Assembly: GCA_951406725.2 (NCBI GenBank)
Contig: OX597815.1
Location: 62,744,001-62,808,000, forward strand
DNA: 64,000 bases
Direction: 5' to 3'
From: Octopus vulgaris
Taxonomy: Eukaryota
The stretch's first letter is position 1, and each line of letters starts with the position of its first letter. The notes beneath the pieces are model-generated. The model had not been told where the DNA came from. It made no database searches and saw only the letters and a program-made list of their open reading frames with translations. A program made the translations under genes and the position numbers. Positions 12,999-26,482 of this stretch are shown in pieces.

Positions 12999-14375
12999 GG
13001 AGCTCACCTCTAAATACCTCGACCGTGTCCTTGCCCCCTAGTGGCGTCTCTTCCCTCCCACAACCACGATACCAACCATGCTCTCCGGCTTTTCAACTCT
13101 TTCTCCTTTCCTCCCGGCTCCTCCAAAATCCTTTTACTATGGACATTCAGAGCCTCTATACCGTTATCCCTCACCACGAAGGACTGCAGGCACTTCAACA
13201 CTTTCTTGACCTCCGCTCCAACCCTGAACCTGACACCTCCACACTCATTCGTCTGGCCGAACTTGTCCTTACTCTTAACTGCTTCTCGTTCACGGGCGAG
13301 TTCTACCATCAGATCTCGGGAGTGGCCATGGGAACGCGAATGGGCCCCAACTATGCGAACCTGTTCGTTGGCTATGTTGAGGCCCAAATGTTCTCTAATT
13401 TCACTGGTCCCACTCCTGAACTATATGGTCGTTACATTGACGACATTATCGGTGCCACCTCACTCTCCCGTGAACATCTAGATTCCTTCCTCTCTTTTTT
13501 TCAATCTTTCCATCCAGCCCTCCACTTCACTTCCACTATCTCCAACACCTCTGTCTCCTTCCTCGACATTTCGGTTAGCATTCTTCACTCCACTCGCTCC
13601 AACACTTTCCCACTCTCTTACTCTTCCTTGCTCTCGGATTCTCCCTCGCTTTCTCTTAGGCGCTATCTTTTTCCATCTATCTCTCTCCCACTTATAAACA
13701 ACAAAAGATCTTGAGTAAGTTGAGAAAGAAAATATTTTGAAAGATCAGTTATGAATATCAGGCAGTGACAACGGAACGGTCTGCTTCAAGGCAGATAGCA
13801 AAACACTAACATTTAAAACAGACAGAAGAACTTGCGAGCTGAATATAAATTTAAAAATATTGGAAACCAAAGTTTGAAGGGATAGAATCTGAGGATAGTA
13901 GAGTCACCATGGCTGGCATTTCTTAACGACGGACAGCAACGTAGTGGCAGTTTAACGGCTGGCGTAAAATTTTGAACTTGATGTAAAAGAAAATTCCTAA
14001 ACACCTGCTCCTGTAAATTTTAATCCCCTTCCAAGCCCCATTTAGACCCCTTTTCACATTTTGGTTAATATAACCCGATTTCATTCGGGTCTACTCGGGC
14101 CACATTTTACAAGATGAGGAATTTTGTCATAGAGGTCACGCCTTTCATTTGAGGAAAAAATAGTTGCCATGCAAACTCGCCAGCATTTTTAACATAGGTG
14201 TGCATATTTTCAGCTCAAGCGACCATATAATGCATACATTATATATATACGCATTAAATATATATATGTACATATATACGCATGGAATATATATACACAT
14301 ATATATGCATTATATATATATGTGTGTGTACGCATTATATATATGTGTGTACGCATTATATATACAAATGTATAC

Positions 14376-14438
<63 letters not shown>

Positions 14439-14959
14439 GTATATATAAATACAGATATATACACTTTGTATATATACATATTTATATATAGAACACACAC
14501 ACACACACTTATACATTAACCCAATAAATATTTGATTCATATTTGTTCTCATGAATGTATGATTGTTGTGGCGATGATAATTCTCTCTATGAATGCAGAC
14601 AGACGTAAAGAGAGAGAGAGAGAGAGTGAGTGACAGCGCTTGCGAAGGCGGCGGGGGAAAGTTAGTAGACAATGTCAAGCGATGTTATAGAGAGAAAGTG
14701 ATGGGAAGGGAGGAAACAGAAAGAGACGGAGGAAAACAGTCATATAAGGGAATGGGAGCAGACTTGTCAAAGTGTGCGTTCTTTGCCCTAGTAACCATAC
14801 CTTTAAAGATAGGGATTTCTAAGCTAGCCCACTCACATCCTCACCTCATTTTACTTGTCCCTGTAAATTTTGGAGTCAATCCGATGTGATCTAGTGTCCT
14901 TTAACCCGTTCCAATGCCAAAATCAGACAAACAAACTTTTCGCATTTCAGATTTATAGA
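12052..14959 (-). mobile_element. Non-autonomous Helitron-like element with internal duplication
   Basis: Minus strand starts A|TC at 14959 and ends with a GC-rich imperfect hairpin plus CTAG|T at 12052 in (AT)n; blocks of about 12165-12800 recur at about 13602-14260. Confidence 0.6.
13025..13595 (+). mobile_element. Penelope-like element reverse transcriptase fragment (Neptune/Poseidon type)
   Basis: ORF 13025-13714: MDIQSLYTVIP, YHQISGVAMGTRMGPNYANLFVG, RYIDD, SFLDI; truncated at both ends. Confidence 0.9.
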
Positions 14960-14967
14960 TATTGATA

Positions 14968-15025
<58 letters not shown>

Positions 15026-15026
<1 letters not shown>

Positions 15027-16618
15027 CTAATTGGATGTGTCTAGTATTATTGGTTTCTTGGTTTTTGTATGTGGGTTTTTGTTTGTTTTTTTTAAGAGAA
15101 ATGCAATATGACATAAAATAACATATTCATTTTGGTATTTGCCTTGTAATGTGTGATTTTTGAAGTTTTCCAATATTGCATAGTATATTGCAAAGTATAT
15201 ATGTATATCTTGGTTAGATACCTAGCTCTGGATAATGTAATGATATTGTATAATATGTAATATATGAGAGCCTTTTGTGAGTTTGGTGGGTTTAGGTTGA
15301 GATTATGGGTTTTTTGTATGTGCTGATTTGGAAGGTTTTTATTATATATTTGGTCTTTTTGTACTCACCTTAATTTGTATCTTATGTTATTCACTGATAA
15401 ACCTTTTTCATTTTTTTCATTTTCTCATTTACATGCATTTTGCTTTATAATTGTTACCAGCCTCATATATTTAGTTTATATCTATAGTCCTCTGGATCTG
15501 TACTTTAAACTATCCTTCCATACATATTTACTTTCAACAATATAAAATATATATATTCACTTTATTTATTTTTATTTATTTCCCATTTTATTGTAATATT
15601 ATCAATATTTGCATCTAGTCTTCTATTTATTTATTTATTTGCCTATTTAAGTGTGGATGTTTACATACATATCAAGTCATTTAATTTGTTACCTATTTAT
15701 TCTTTACTTATTTACTTATACTGGTGTAGTTTTATACATACATATCTATCATTTATTTTTATTTAATTTTAATAATATATGAATACATATATACTAGTTT
15801 GTACTTATAATTATGTGTATAACCGTATTTATTCCTTCGTATTTATTCCTTTTTATTTATTTTATCTCTTTTCATCTTAGGTCTTTATAATATAAAATTT
15901 ATTTAAAATTTCTGTGATGTTCTCATAAGCGTTTACATTAATACTTCCCCCTCTATTTTTTATTGCCTAAACTGGTATATTTTGGCACTATATTTATTAA
16001 GTTAATAAGTGACTTATTTATAATATCTAAATTAATATATTTTATATTTTATATTTTATAATTTAGCGTACTTTAAATCATAACAAACTTACGATAAACC
16101 TAACAACCGTATGTTTACTCTGCAACAAACCGGTGTTATAAATTTTAAGTTACCCATGAAATAATTATCTGAATTAGTAACATACTGATATTTAAAAATA
16201 CATTTATATCTTAATTAAATATTTTATAGAATGCATGGATGGTTCTTTTTTTGTTATTGAGGCTCAGTTATAATTTTGAAGGACTTAGTGTTAGCATGGT
16301 TGCTTCCCTATTTGTTTATCTAAGTGTTAGTTGTTGCTTATGATTATGTATATGTACAAGTGTATGTATATACATATAACTATGTGTGTATGTGCGATTG
16401 ATCTGTAGATGCGTGTGTGAATATTGGCGTTCCCTGACTAACCAACCGTATAATTTTCTTTTGTGATTTAAATTTCAAACCAATAGCCAATCGAATTAAT
16501 CTAAATTTTCTTTACCTAGTGGTCAGCATTTCTTAACTCATAGTTATTTCGATCTTGGAAGGATGGACTTGGTGATAACTTAACTGTATCTATTTTTATT
16601 ATTTTTTATTATTATTAC

Positions 16619-16661
<43 letters not shown>

Positions 16662-17478
16662 AGTAATTTTTATTAACTTTTATAGCTTTAGAATTTTATG
16701 AACTGTACCACGGATTTAATTATTATTATTTTTCATCTCCATATGTGTTAGCCCTTTTTTTTATAAAAAAAACTATTAGCTAAATATGTATGATATCGGT
16801 ACTTATTAATATTATATATACACTGTTATATATTTTGTTTTATTTTGTTCTGGTTACCTTCCTTTTTGTACAAATATGTATTATATTATACAAGTGTAGC
16901 ATTATGATGTATAAGTTTTTATATTTTACTTTTTTATATTTTTATATTTATATGTATATGATTATATAATATTTTTCACTATTATAACAAATTTAATTTA
17001 ATTCTCTGAAGAGGCCGTGGGGCATCTTTGTTAATGCCTCATTTATACCTGCCTTTATGGCTTATAGGTTAAATGAGGTATGACTGTCCTCACTGCCGAA
17101 ACAGCTGTCAGTTTTGATTTATTTGCATATTGTATTTGTAATTTTTTACTTATATCTCTTTATCTTTTTACTTTTACTATTACTGTATATCTCATTTCAT
17201 TTTATATATTGCCTTTACTCCTATGTAATGGTGTATTAAAGTATGGATTGAGTATCATCGGATAGTTGATGTTTTATTGATTTAAGTATGTTTCTCCATT
17301 CTCTAATTTTGTAGTATTAATTTACGGTAATATTATTACCCTTACCCATTTAATACAATAGATGAACTGATTGCTTGACAATTTCTAACATCTATGTATT
17401 AATTTTTGTTGGGTACCTATCTAGCAGTATATTGGATATATATTATCCCATGGTGGGTTGAATTTTCAACCCCTATCT

Positions 17479-17485
<7 letters not shown>
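15026..17485 (+). mobile_element. Very AT-rich probable PLE 3'/pLTR remnant
   Basis: Bounded by (TA)n; contains a PLE-type hammerhead near its 3' end; no recognisable ORF. Confidence 0.4.
17001..17114 (+). ncRNA. Type I hammerhead ribozyme with long helix II
   Basis: CTGAAGA-GGC...GCC-GAAA-CAGCTG-TC; palindromic helix III ACAGCTGT; helix II extended by ATGCCTCATTT/AAATGAGGTAT; helix I weak. Confidence 0.7.
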
Positions 17486-17517
<32 letters not shown>

Positions 17518-17684
17518 GGGCTTTTTGCAACAAGTTGCTTAAACCACATACCGAAAATATTAGAAATAGCAAAGGCCTACTATTTCTTTTACTTCAAAAA
17601 TAAGTCTCCACAAACAACAATATTTGTAACTCACATATGGCAAAAGAAGAAGAAAAACAACGAACCCACACAGTCTACGGATTA

Positions 17685-17742
17685 ATTATGGACGCACGTT
17701 TCTGGATTAGAATCGTAAAGTTCATTTCCTTATCAACATAAT
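17685..17742 (-). ncRNA. Degenerate type I hammerhead
   Basis: ATTATG-TTGATAA-GGA...TCCA-GAAA-CGTGCGTC-CATAAT; helix I 6 bp intact, core mutated. Confidence 0.5.
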
Positions 17743-17764
17743 ATTTCCCATAAATCTAGAAATG

Positions 17765-18007
17765 CTAGGAAAAACTTACCTCTTATATTTTCGATCAAGC
17801 GACATCGAAAGATACAAAAGTTCACTAGCATATCCACATTTATATAGACAAGCGAATTCGTATTTCCCCACAAAATCCTACCACGTGCGTCACAAAACAG
17901 TACTGCCGAAACGAATTCGCTTGTCTATATAAATGTGGATATGCTAGTGGACTTTTGTAACTTTCGATGTCGCTTGATCGAAAATATAAGAGGTAAGTTT
18001 TTCCTAG
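17765..18007. repeat. Inverted repeat, 97-bp arms, 49-bp spacer
   Basis: 17765-17861 versus 17911-18007, 2 mismatches seen. Confidence 0.95.
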
Positions 18008-18547
18008 TTGTAGTGATATTCGGAAATGCTATATTAGCCAAGTAATAATTTAAATGACAGGTCACAGCCTCCAGTCCTCTATACTAGATAAGTACCATAT
18101 AGAAGTGCGTGCCTGTTCTTCGAAACAGAGGACGAAACAAGAAAACGGGCAACTCAGATGGAGCCCACTGACACATCATCTGGTGCCCTGTCACATAACA
18201 CAACGCTAAAGACACAGACAATATTAGCGACGGTGACGCTTGCACAGTGGTTGTATATTGAGCGCAGAAATAGCACAGAATGACGTGGCCGTTTGAGATA
18301 TGGATGGCCATACATCATATCTACTGAAAACTACAGGGCAATTCCCGAGAAGTACTTCGTTGTGGGTTCAGAAGCAAAAAGGTGACAAGATTGATAGTGC
18401 TGAACAAAATGCCGGGATTACTGAGGGATTTCTGTTCTTAGGAGAAGCTAGAAAGGTAACAGTAGTGAAAACGATTGTAGGGATCAGCAAAATAGTGTTT
18501 CCGGAGAGCCACTGGTCATAGTGCCAGGGATAAGGGGTAACTTAAAC

Positions 18548-18586
<39 letters not shown>

Positions 18587-18594
18587 TTATTTCT

Positions 18595-18790
18595 GTGTTT
18601 TACTTGTTTCAGACATTGGACTGCAGCCATGCTAAGGCATCGGCTTGAAGGGTTTTAGTCGAACAAGTCGACCCCATTACTTATCTTTAAGCCTGATACT
18701 TATTCTATCCAGATCTTTTGCTTAACTGCTAAGTTACGGAGACGTATACAAATCAAAACCGTTTGTCAGGCGGAGGTGGACAGGCACACA
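18595..18790 (-). mobile_element. SINE family A, 3' half
   Basis: TTTTACTTGTTTCAG...TACTTATTCTATC...GCTAAGTTACGG. Confidence 0.8.
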
Positions 18791-19278
18791 CACACGCACA
18801 CACACACACACGCACACACACACACACACACACACACGCGCGCACACACACACGCGCACACACACGCACACACAAGGGCGCGCACACACGCACACGCGCA
18901 CACACACGCGCGCGCACACACGCACACACTCAAACATACTCACAAATCGTGTCATTTAAAAAATCAATGCATCTTAATATAGAGCTTAATTATATTTTCC
19001 CCTCCCTTATCTTTTTATGTAATTTCAAGAGGGACTCGGCCAATTGACGGATCCATTGGACACGAAACAGTCCGGACACCGAACGAGGGTGGCGTGCAAT
19101 ACAGTTTTGTAGCTTTGTGTGTATCTTGGATAGAGTTTGATGACGCGCACTTTTGTGCCTGTGGAGTTAGCTGTAGAGTAGTGTTTCCCAGCCAATTTTC
19201 CCTCAGACCCCACTATAACTTTCTTGAAAAATGTATGCTCCAACGGCGGTCGGAAAAATAAAACAATTTTATTTTCAG

Positions 19279-19439
19279 TACATTATTTACATTATTTACA
19301 TTTTGACGGATTTTGTCCTCATCTTGTTTGTTGTTGACACAAAATTTCGGCTGACATACCCTCCAGCCTTCATCAGATGTCTTGGGGAAGTTTCGAACCC
19401 GGGTTCTCATTCCTAAGGTATTTTTCTATGTTGTTGTTG

Positions 19440-19491
<52 letters not shown>

Positions 19492-19570
19492 CATTCAGGT
19501 AACTACCTGGAATCGAACTTGGAATCTTGGGTTTATTAGCCCGCGCTCTTAACTACTACGCCATATGCCC
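19279..19570 (-). mobile_element. tRNA-derived SINE carrying a hammerhead-like motif
   Basis: Head GGGCATATGGCGTAGTAGTTAAG...GTTCGATTCC (A/B box), (AAT)n spacer, hammerhead motif, short (AATGTAAAT)n tail. Confidence 0.8.
19336..19381 (-). ncRNA. Minimal type I hammerhead-like motif
   Basis: GACAT-CTGATGA-A-GGCTG-loop-CAGCC-GAAA-TTTT-GTGTC; helices I and II pair, helix III vestigial. Confidence 0.6.
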
Positions 19571-19862
19571 GTATTTTATCACAATTATTAAATACAAAAG
19601 AATCTACCGGTAATTCTTTTATTAAGTACTGAGCACAAAAGTAAAAAAAGATTATTGACTAAGAAAAAAATGACTCACTTTAATGAGAACCTTTTGCCTG
19701 ATGTCTATGGCGCCACGCTCCACCATAATTTTCCCAGCCCCACCTGTGGGGCATATGCCCCACGTTCCCCATGTTGAGAGTCACTGCTGTAGAGTTTATC
19801 TTGAGCAAGTAGCACTCCTGTGTTGTTACTTCCAGGTCACGGATATCTGGAAGTTATCCCAT

Positions 19863-20015
19863 TGTACGAGGCGGGTACTGAGATGTTCCTGGTTTTCGGT
19901 AAAAGAAAATACAGGAGAATCAATTATGATTCAAACACTTATTGCAGTGGTCCTTCAGTTTTTCTCAGCCCTGTAAAAGAACTCGGAAGGTTAGGCCTAC
20001 AACCAGGCCTTTAGA
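19863..20015 (+). mobile_element. Mariner-like terminal fragment (putative)
   Basis: Begins TACGAGGCGGGTACTGAGATGTTCCTGG, resembling mariner TA-flanked TIRs. Confidence 0.4.
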
Positions 20016-20489
20016 AGGGAAATTTTCAGTATCCCTTCGCTATCATCGATAGAAATTTCAGAAGCTCAATAATATCTAATAATAAGATTAAATTAAATTA
20101 AACAGGAATATACTCCAGTCCTTGTGAAAGAGGTGGAGTATTGTCTACTTCATTGGGTTTTATTTTATCGGACCGTAAAATGCGAGAGTCAACTGAGCAA
20201 GAATCAACTACGAATTACAAAATCTGTTTATCTAATAACTAAGATTCTATTTTCATTATTCCTGTCTAAATTTAGAGAACCTCTTTTCCAGCTAGACTAG
20301 TATGAGTATTTTGGACGACATGCTGGCAAAACAAACAATAAAATTAGAAATAAAACAAAGTAGAACGTCTACTTCCGGTGGCAAAACCATTGTTTTATTT
20401 ATGTGATATTTTTGGTCGAATCTAAGAGGGCAAAGGACTTGTGACAACGGCCACTTGTAGTTGGCCACACTTGCAGCCAATGACATCAG

Positions 20490-21850
<1,361 letters not shown>

Positions 21851-21861
21851 ACGATGAGGAG

Positions 21862-21904
<43 letters not shown>

Positions 21905-22706
21905 GTGACTATCATGTGAAGTACATACATATTATATGCGCAAATAACACACACACACACCTACATAATATAAGCAGACACACAGATATATACATACACA
22001 AGCATAATAAACGTAAATAATATAAACACATAAACACACAACGTTAACATTTTATAAATATAACGACTACAAGATCGTATGAACAAGATGGCGGTGGGGA
22101 TGCGAATGCCACTGTACTACGCACAAAAAAGACTAAGAGATATTGGTGTCAGGCATGTAGATATAGGGAGGAGTAAAAGTTCGATTAACAGAAATTACCC
22201 ATGTAAATAGTGAGCGAAACCTTCTTCAAGAGGTGGGTGAAAATCTAAAAATATCAAGTAATTTAATAGAAATTCTGGAGATTTAAAACGTGCCTTTCAG
22301 AGTGGATCTGTGCAAAGTAATATAGATGATTTGGGTTTATTTAACTTCCTCAGATAAGCTTATTATTCTCATATGACAATGCCATATTGAAGATGTCTAA
22401 TAGGGCCGAAACAAGCTTATTGTACTCACCAGCTGTCTGTAAAGACCAGACCTCCACTAACATTGCATTTTCCAAAATTTCAGTTGATCGATTTTACTGG
22501 AGTGATCTACTATGATTTTTCGTTATTGAATTTTATACACCAGTTGAGGGAGTTTTCTTTCGGTAATTGCTTGGATAAACTACGTTAACTAAAGTTATTC
22601 CTTAGAAACTGCCATTACATAAAAGAGACCCTACTGTAAAAGAAAGAAGAAAAATGAAAAACGAACACTACCACAGTTGTTTAATAGCATAGGTGTATAT
22701 ACTTTA

Positions 22707-22751
<45 letters not shown>

Positions 22752-23244
22752 TCGTGTGCGTGTGAGTGTGTGTATACATACACATACCGAACAGATAAGT
22801 TACGGGGACGTAAACACACCAGCACCTGTTGTCAAGCGATGGTGGGGAACAATTATAGACACAAAGACACAGACACAATATATATATATACTTCTAATAT
22901 AAGGATAAAATTTTATTTAAAAAATTTTTCAGTGGCCAGCATATGAAAAATACCTTTTAAGGTCGAAATTATAAATACAATTATAAATAAGGGCAAAAAG
23001 AAAAATATTTCCTTGTCTTTAAGCTGAAAAATAGACGCTAAATCGTCTAACCACATAAAATATTTTCACTTATATTATTACATCCCGTATCGAAACTAGC
23101 AAGCGAACAGAAATTCATAAAAATATAGTTATCCCCGAATCGGTTCCGATTTCTCGATTAATCTAATACATACATACATACATACATACATACATACATA
23201 CATACATACATACATACATACATACATACATACATACATACAGT

Positions 23245-23805
23245 GTAAAATTAACAGCGGACCTTGAAGCAATCGAGAGAAGATTCACAAAGAAGATCGT
23301 CTCTTTGTAACAGCTCAGCTACTGGGAAAGGTTGAAACAGCTAAGACTCTACTCCCTGGAAAAAAGATGGGAGAGGTATGCAGTAATATATGTCTGGAAG
23401 ATCCTGGAAGGAATTGTGCCAAATTTTGGCATTGTAAGCTACACCAATGCTAGAACGGGACGACACTGCATAGTGCCAAAGATCCCAGCAATGCCATCAC
23501 GCTTCAGGACCAGCTTCTGCAACAGCCTGGGTTTCAAGGGTCCACATCTTTTTAATATTCTCCCAAAGAGTCTGAGGAACTTGCACAAAGTAGATGTAGC
23601 GGTTTTTAAATCAAAGCTGGACATCTTCCTGTCGAGAGTCCCAAATGAACCTACCTCACGGCAAGAGGTGCAAATGAGAGTAGCTATATCAAACTCCATT
23701 CTTCAACAAGTGCCACATATTAGACGAGATTCTTAGCAATAACAGTGTAGCACAAAACGGCGGTATATCAGCATGGCCGCAGCTCTGAGCTGAAACTAGA
23801 GAAAA
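23245..23805 (+). mobile_element. CR1-clade LINE 3' fragment
   Basis: ORF 23332-23736 LRLYSLEKRWERYAVIYVWKILEGIVPN...GPHLFNILPKSLRN...FKSKLDIFL; stem-loop 3' tail. Confidence 0.85.
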
Positions 23806-23972
23806 AAAAAAATATATATATATCGCAACATTTATATATATACCAAATTAACTCGCAAGATTTTGGTCGGTCCGTGGCTAAAACAGAAGACACTTGCTCA
23901 AGGTGTCAACAGTGGGAATGTACCCGTAGCATGCGGTTGGGACGGAAGCGTCTTAACACACACACACACACA

Positions 23973-24014
<42 letters not shown>

Positions 24015-24317
24015 ACCCTAATCATCAGCGCCAAGAATTTCCCCATAGAACATTGTTGCACGATACCAATCCCCTATGGAACACGACCATAGAACTTCTA
24101 CAAGTGTAAGTCTGCAATTTCTTAACATCATTCTCAATGTCAAATGCCCTGGCTTGGTCTTTGCTTGACCCAGGACTGCAGCTTTGTTAGAGAGCCGAGC
24201 TAGGAACATCGGGTCTGACAACGGTGATGATAACATCTGTTCACTATCAAAGAATTGATGGAGATATTGCAGTCTCACTGGAATGAGACATTTGTACATA
24301 AAAGCCAATGACCAGAT

Positions 24318-25173
24318 ATACATAGCACTCTCCCTCTTTCGCTATCATTCTTCGCCTTACCCTCTTTTTCTCCGTACTTTTTCTTTCGCTTTCCGCCTTT
24401 CCCTTCAACTAATCACGTGAAAGTGTCCATAGACCAGCTAAGTAACAGAGAAAAAAAATTAGTTAAAATTACATATATATATATATGTCCTATATATATA
24501 TATATTGCAGTCTCACTGGAATGAGACATTTGTACATAAAAGCCAATGACCAGATATACATAGCACTCTCCCTATATATATATAGGACATATATATATAG
24601 GACATATTACTACGACAAGGTAGTAATAGCTGACGGAGACGATGTAAACGTTCACCAAGTCTTTCCGATTAGCTTTCTCTTGGCCCATTTCTCGGTGACA
24701 CAGACCACTCTTGTCCTCTTCTCCCAGTTTTTATCGAAATGGAGATCTGGAACAGACTAGGCTACCAGTATTTTAACCGACCGTTCAGTGCCTCACACAT
24801 GACGTGCATGGGCAGAACGGACCGATTTACCGACTTACCGTATTTGTGGCTGCTGCCGCCACGGCTACATTATACGTTCGGAAGAGGAGTAGTGAGAAGC
24901 TATCAGAAATCCATTTTCTAGTTGCTGTTCCAACGAATATTGACTCCCACTTTTTGAAACGCTAAGTCTTTTTAAATGTTGAAAATCAAGAAAAAATTCC
25001 AAATTTCTTCCTGGAAATCCCATAGTGAAGAAAATTGTTTTAACCAGTTCCTTAAGATCTTGGTTTGTGAAAACAAAAGTTTAACTTAATGATTCAAAGG
25101 AGTGCTTGCTGATACAAATCAACAATAACAACGACGACGACAACAAAAACAATAACAGTAATAATAAAATCGC

Positions 25174-25208
<35 letters not shown>

Positions 25209-26236
25209 ATTCATTTGACTCAGATTTTGTTGGAAATCCTGGTATCTTGTATGAGTAGTGGACATGCTACCTACAGCCTATGTCAAGGAGGAAAACTTTT
25301 CGTAACAGCTCTACTGGACACTCTATTCTTATTTTCTTTATGTTCCTCTTAATATCTGTTGATGCTATACCCAAGGTCACAACAATATTTAGCACTGTCT
25401 TCATCTCTTTCTTTTTCCACAATTTAGCCAACTCGTGTTTAAGAGGATTGTATACGCGAACGTTCTCGCCTTCCTTTTTAACCGTCCGTGGGGCAAATAA
25501 ATATGCAACATAAATTATAGAGCAGATGTGGATTACTTTACTCACCACCACTAAGTCCGTTTGTTTTGCTCAAACAGCTAGCTTACTTAGATTAAGAAAT
25601 CGCACAGGACTTTCCAAGTCTCCGATTCATTCATTCCCTGTGGTTTGAGGTTACTATGTCTTACCTCTCTCTAGGCTCCACTTGTTTCCAGTGTAGAACT
25701 TTTGCTGCTTCATCATGTAACTACAACTTATACTAGTTTTGGGCAAGCCTAGGATATTAAGTCACAATATGGGCAAATTCGGCACTTGCTAATTTCTTAG
25801 ACTGGCCCTCGAATTTGTTACCAAGGCTTGTTGTTGTGCAGCAAGTATAGTGTTCTCAATTCCCTTTTTTAAAGTTCTCTTTTCTTTAATCAGTCGCACC
25901 AATTATCTTATAATAATTCTGCTTGTTTCTCCGTTACTTAGCCCGTCCGTAACGCTACATCGTGATTATTTGAAGGTGGGGGGAGGGGAGGAGTTATGCA
26001 GTCGGGAGAAGTTAGGGTTAGGGTTAGGGAGGGGAATAGAGACATGGGAAGGAGAAGGAAGAGGTGGTGGGGAAGCGAACGTGTAATTTTTACTAATTTT
26101 TTTTCTCTGTTACTTAGCTGGTCTATGGACACTTTCACGTGATTAGTTGAAGGGAAAGGCGGAAAGCGAAAGAAAATGTACGGAGAAAAAGAGGGTAAGG
26201 CGAAGAATGATAGCGAAAGAGGGAGAGTGCTATGTA
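24318..26236. repeat. Dispersed inverted repeat, about 155-bp arms
   Basis: 24318-24474 is the near-identical reverse complement of 26082-26236. Confidence 0.9.
25205..25930 (-). mobile_element. R4/Dong-clade LINE 3' fragment (degenerate)
   Basis: ORF 25267-25551 (YNPLKHELAKLW..VVTLG..ELLRK) resembles the restriction-like endonuclease C-terminus of the 37826-39625 copy. Confidence 0.6.
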
Positions 26237-26482
26237 TTAAGTCTATAAAATTGTGCATAAAGTATGTAAAGTGTATATATAAAGTGTATTAATTAATCAT
26301 CGTATTCCAATTTCCTTCACTTTTTAATGATTACCAGATGAGCGACTATCTTTTGATACAGAGAAAACACAGGCTATGCTTTCAGGTTTTTAGATGAAGT
26401 TTTCAGAAGTAACCCAATAAATTTACCATTAATTCCGTGAAAAATTCACGGGACTCGCTGGTTATTATGATTATAATTATTA

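Noticed and set aside
22385-22425. TTGAAGA..GAAACAAGCTT possible hammerhead
   Set aside because: Core, helix II and cleavage triplet are all imperfect
26011-26029. (TTAGGG)3 as an interstitial telomere
   Set aside because: Only three units, inside a repeat element
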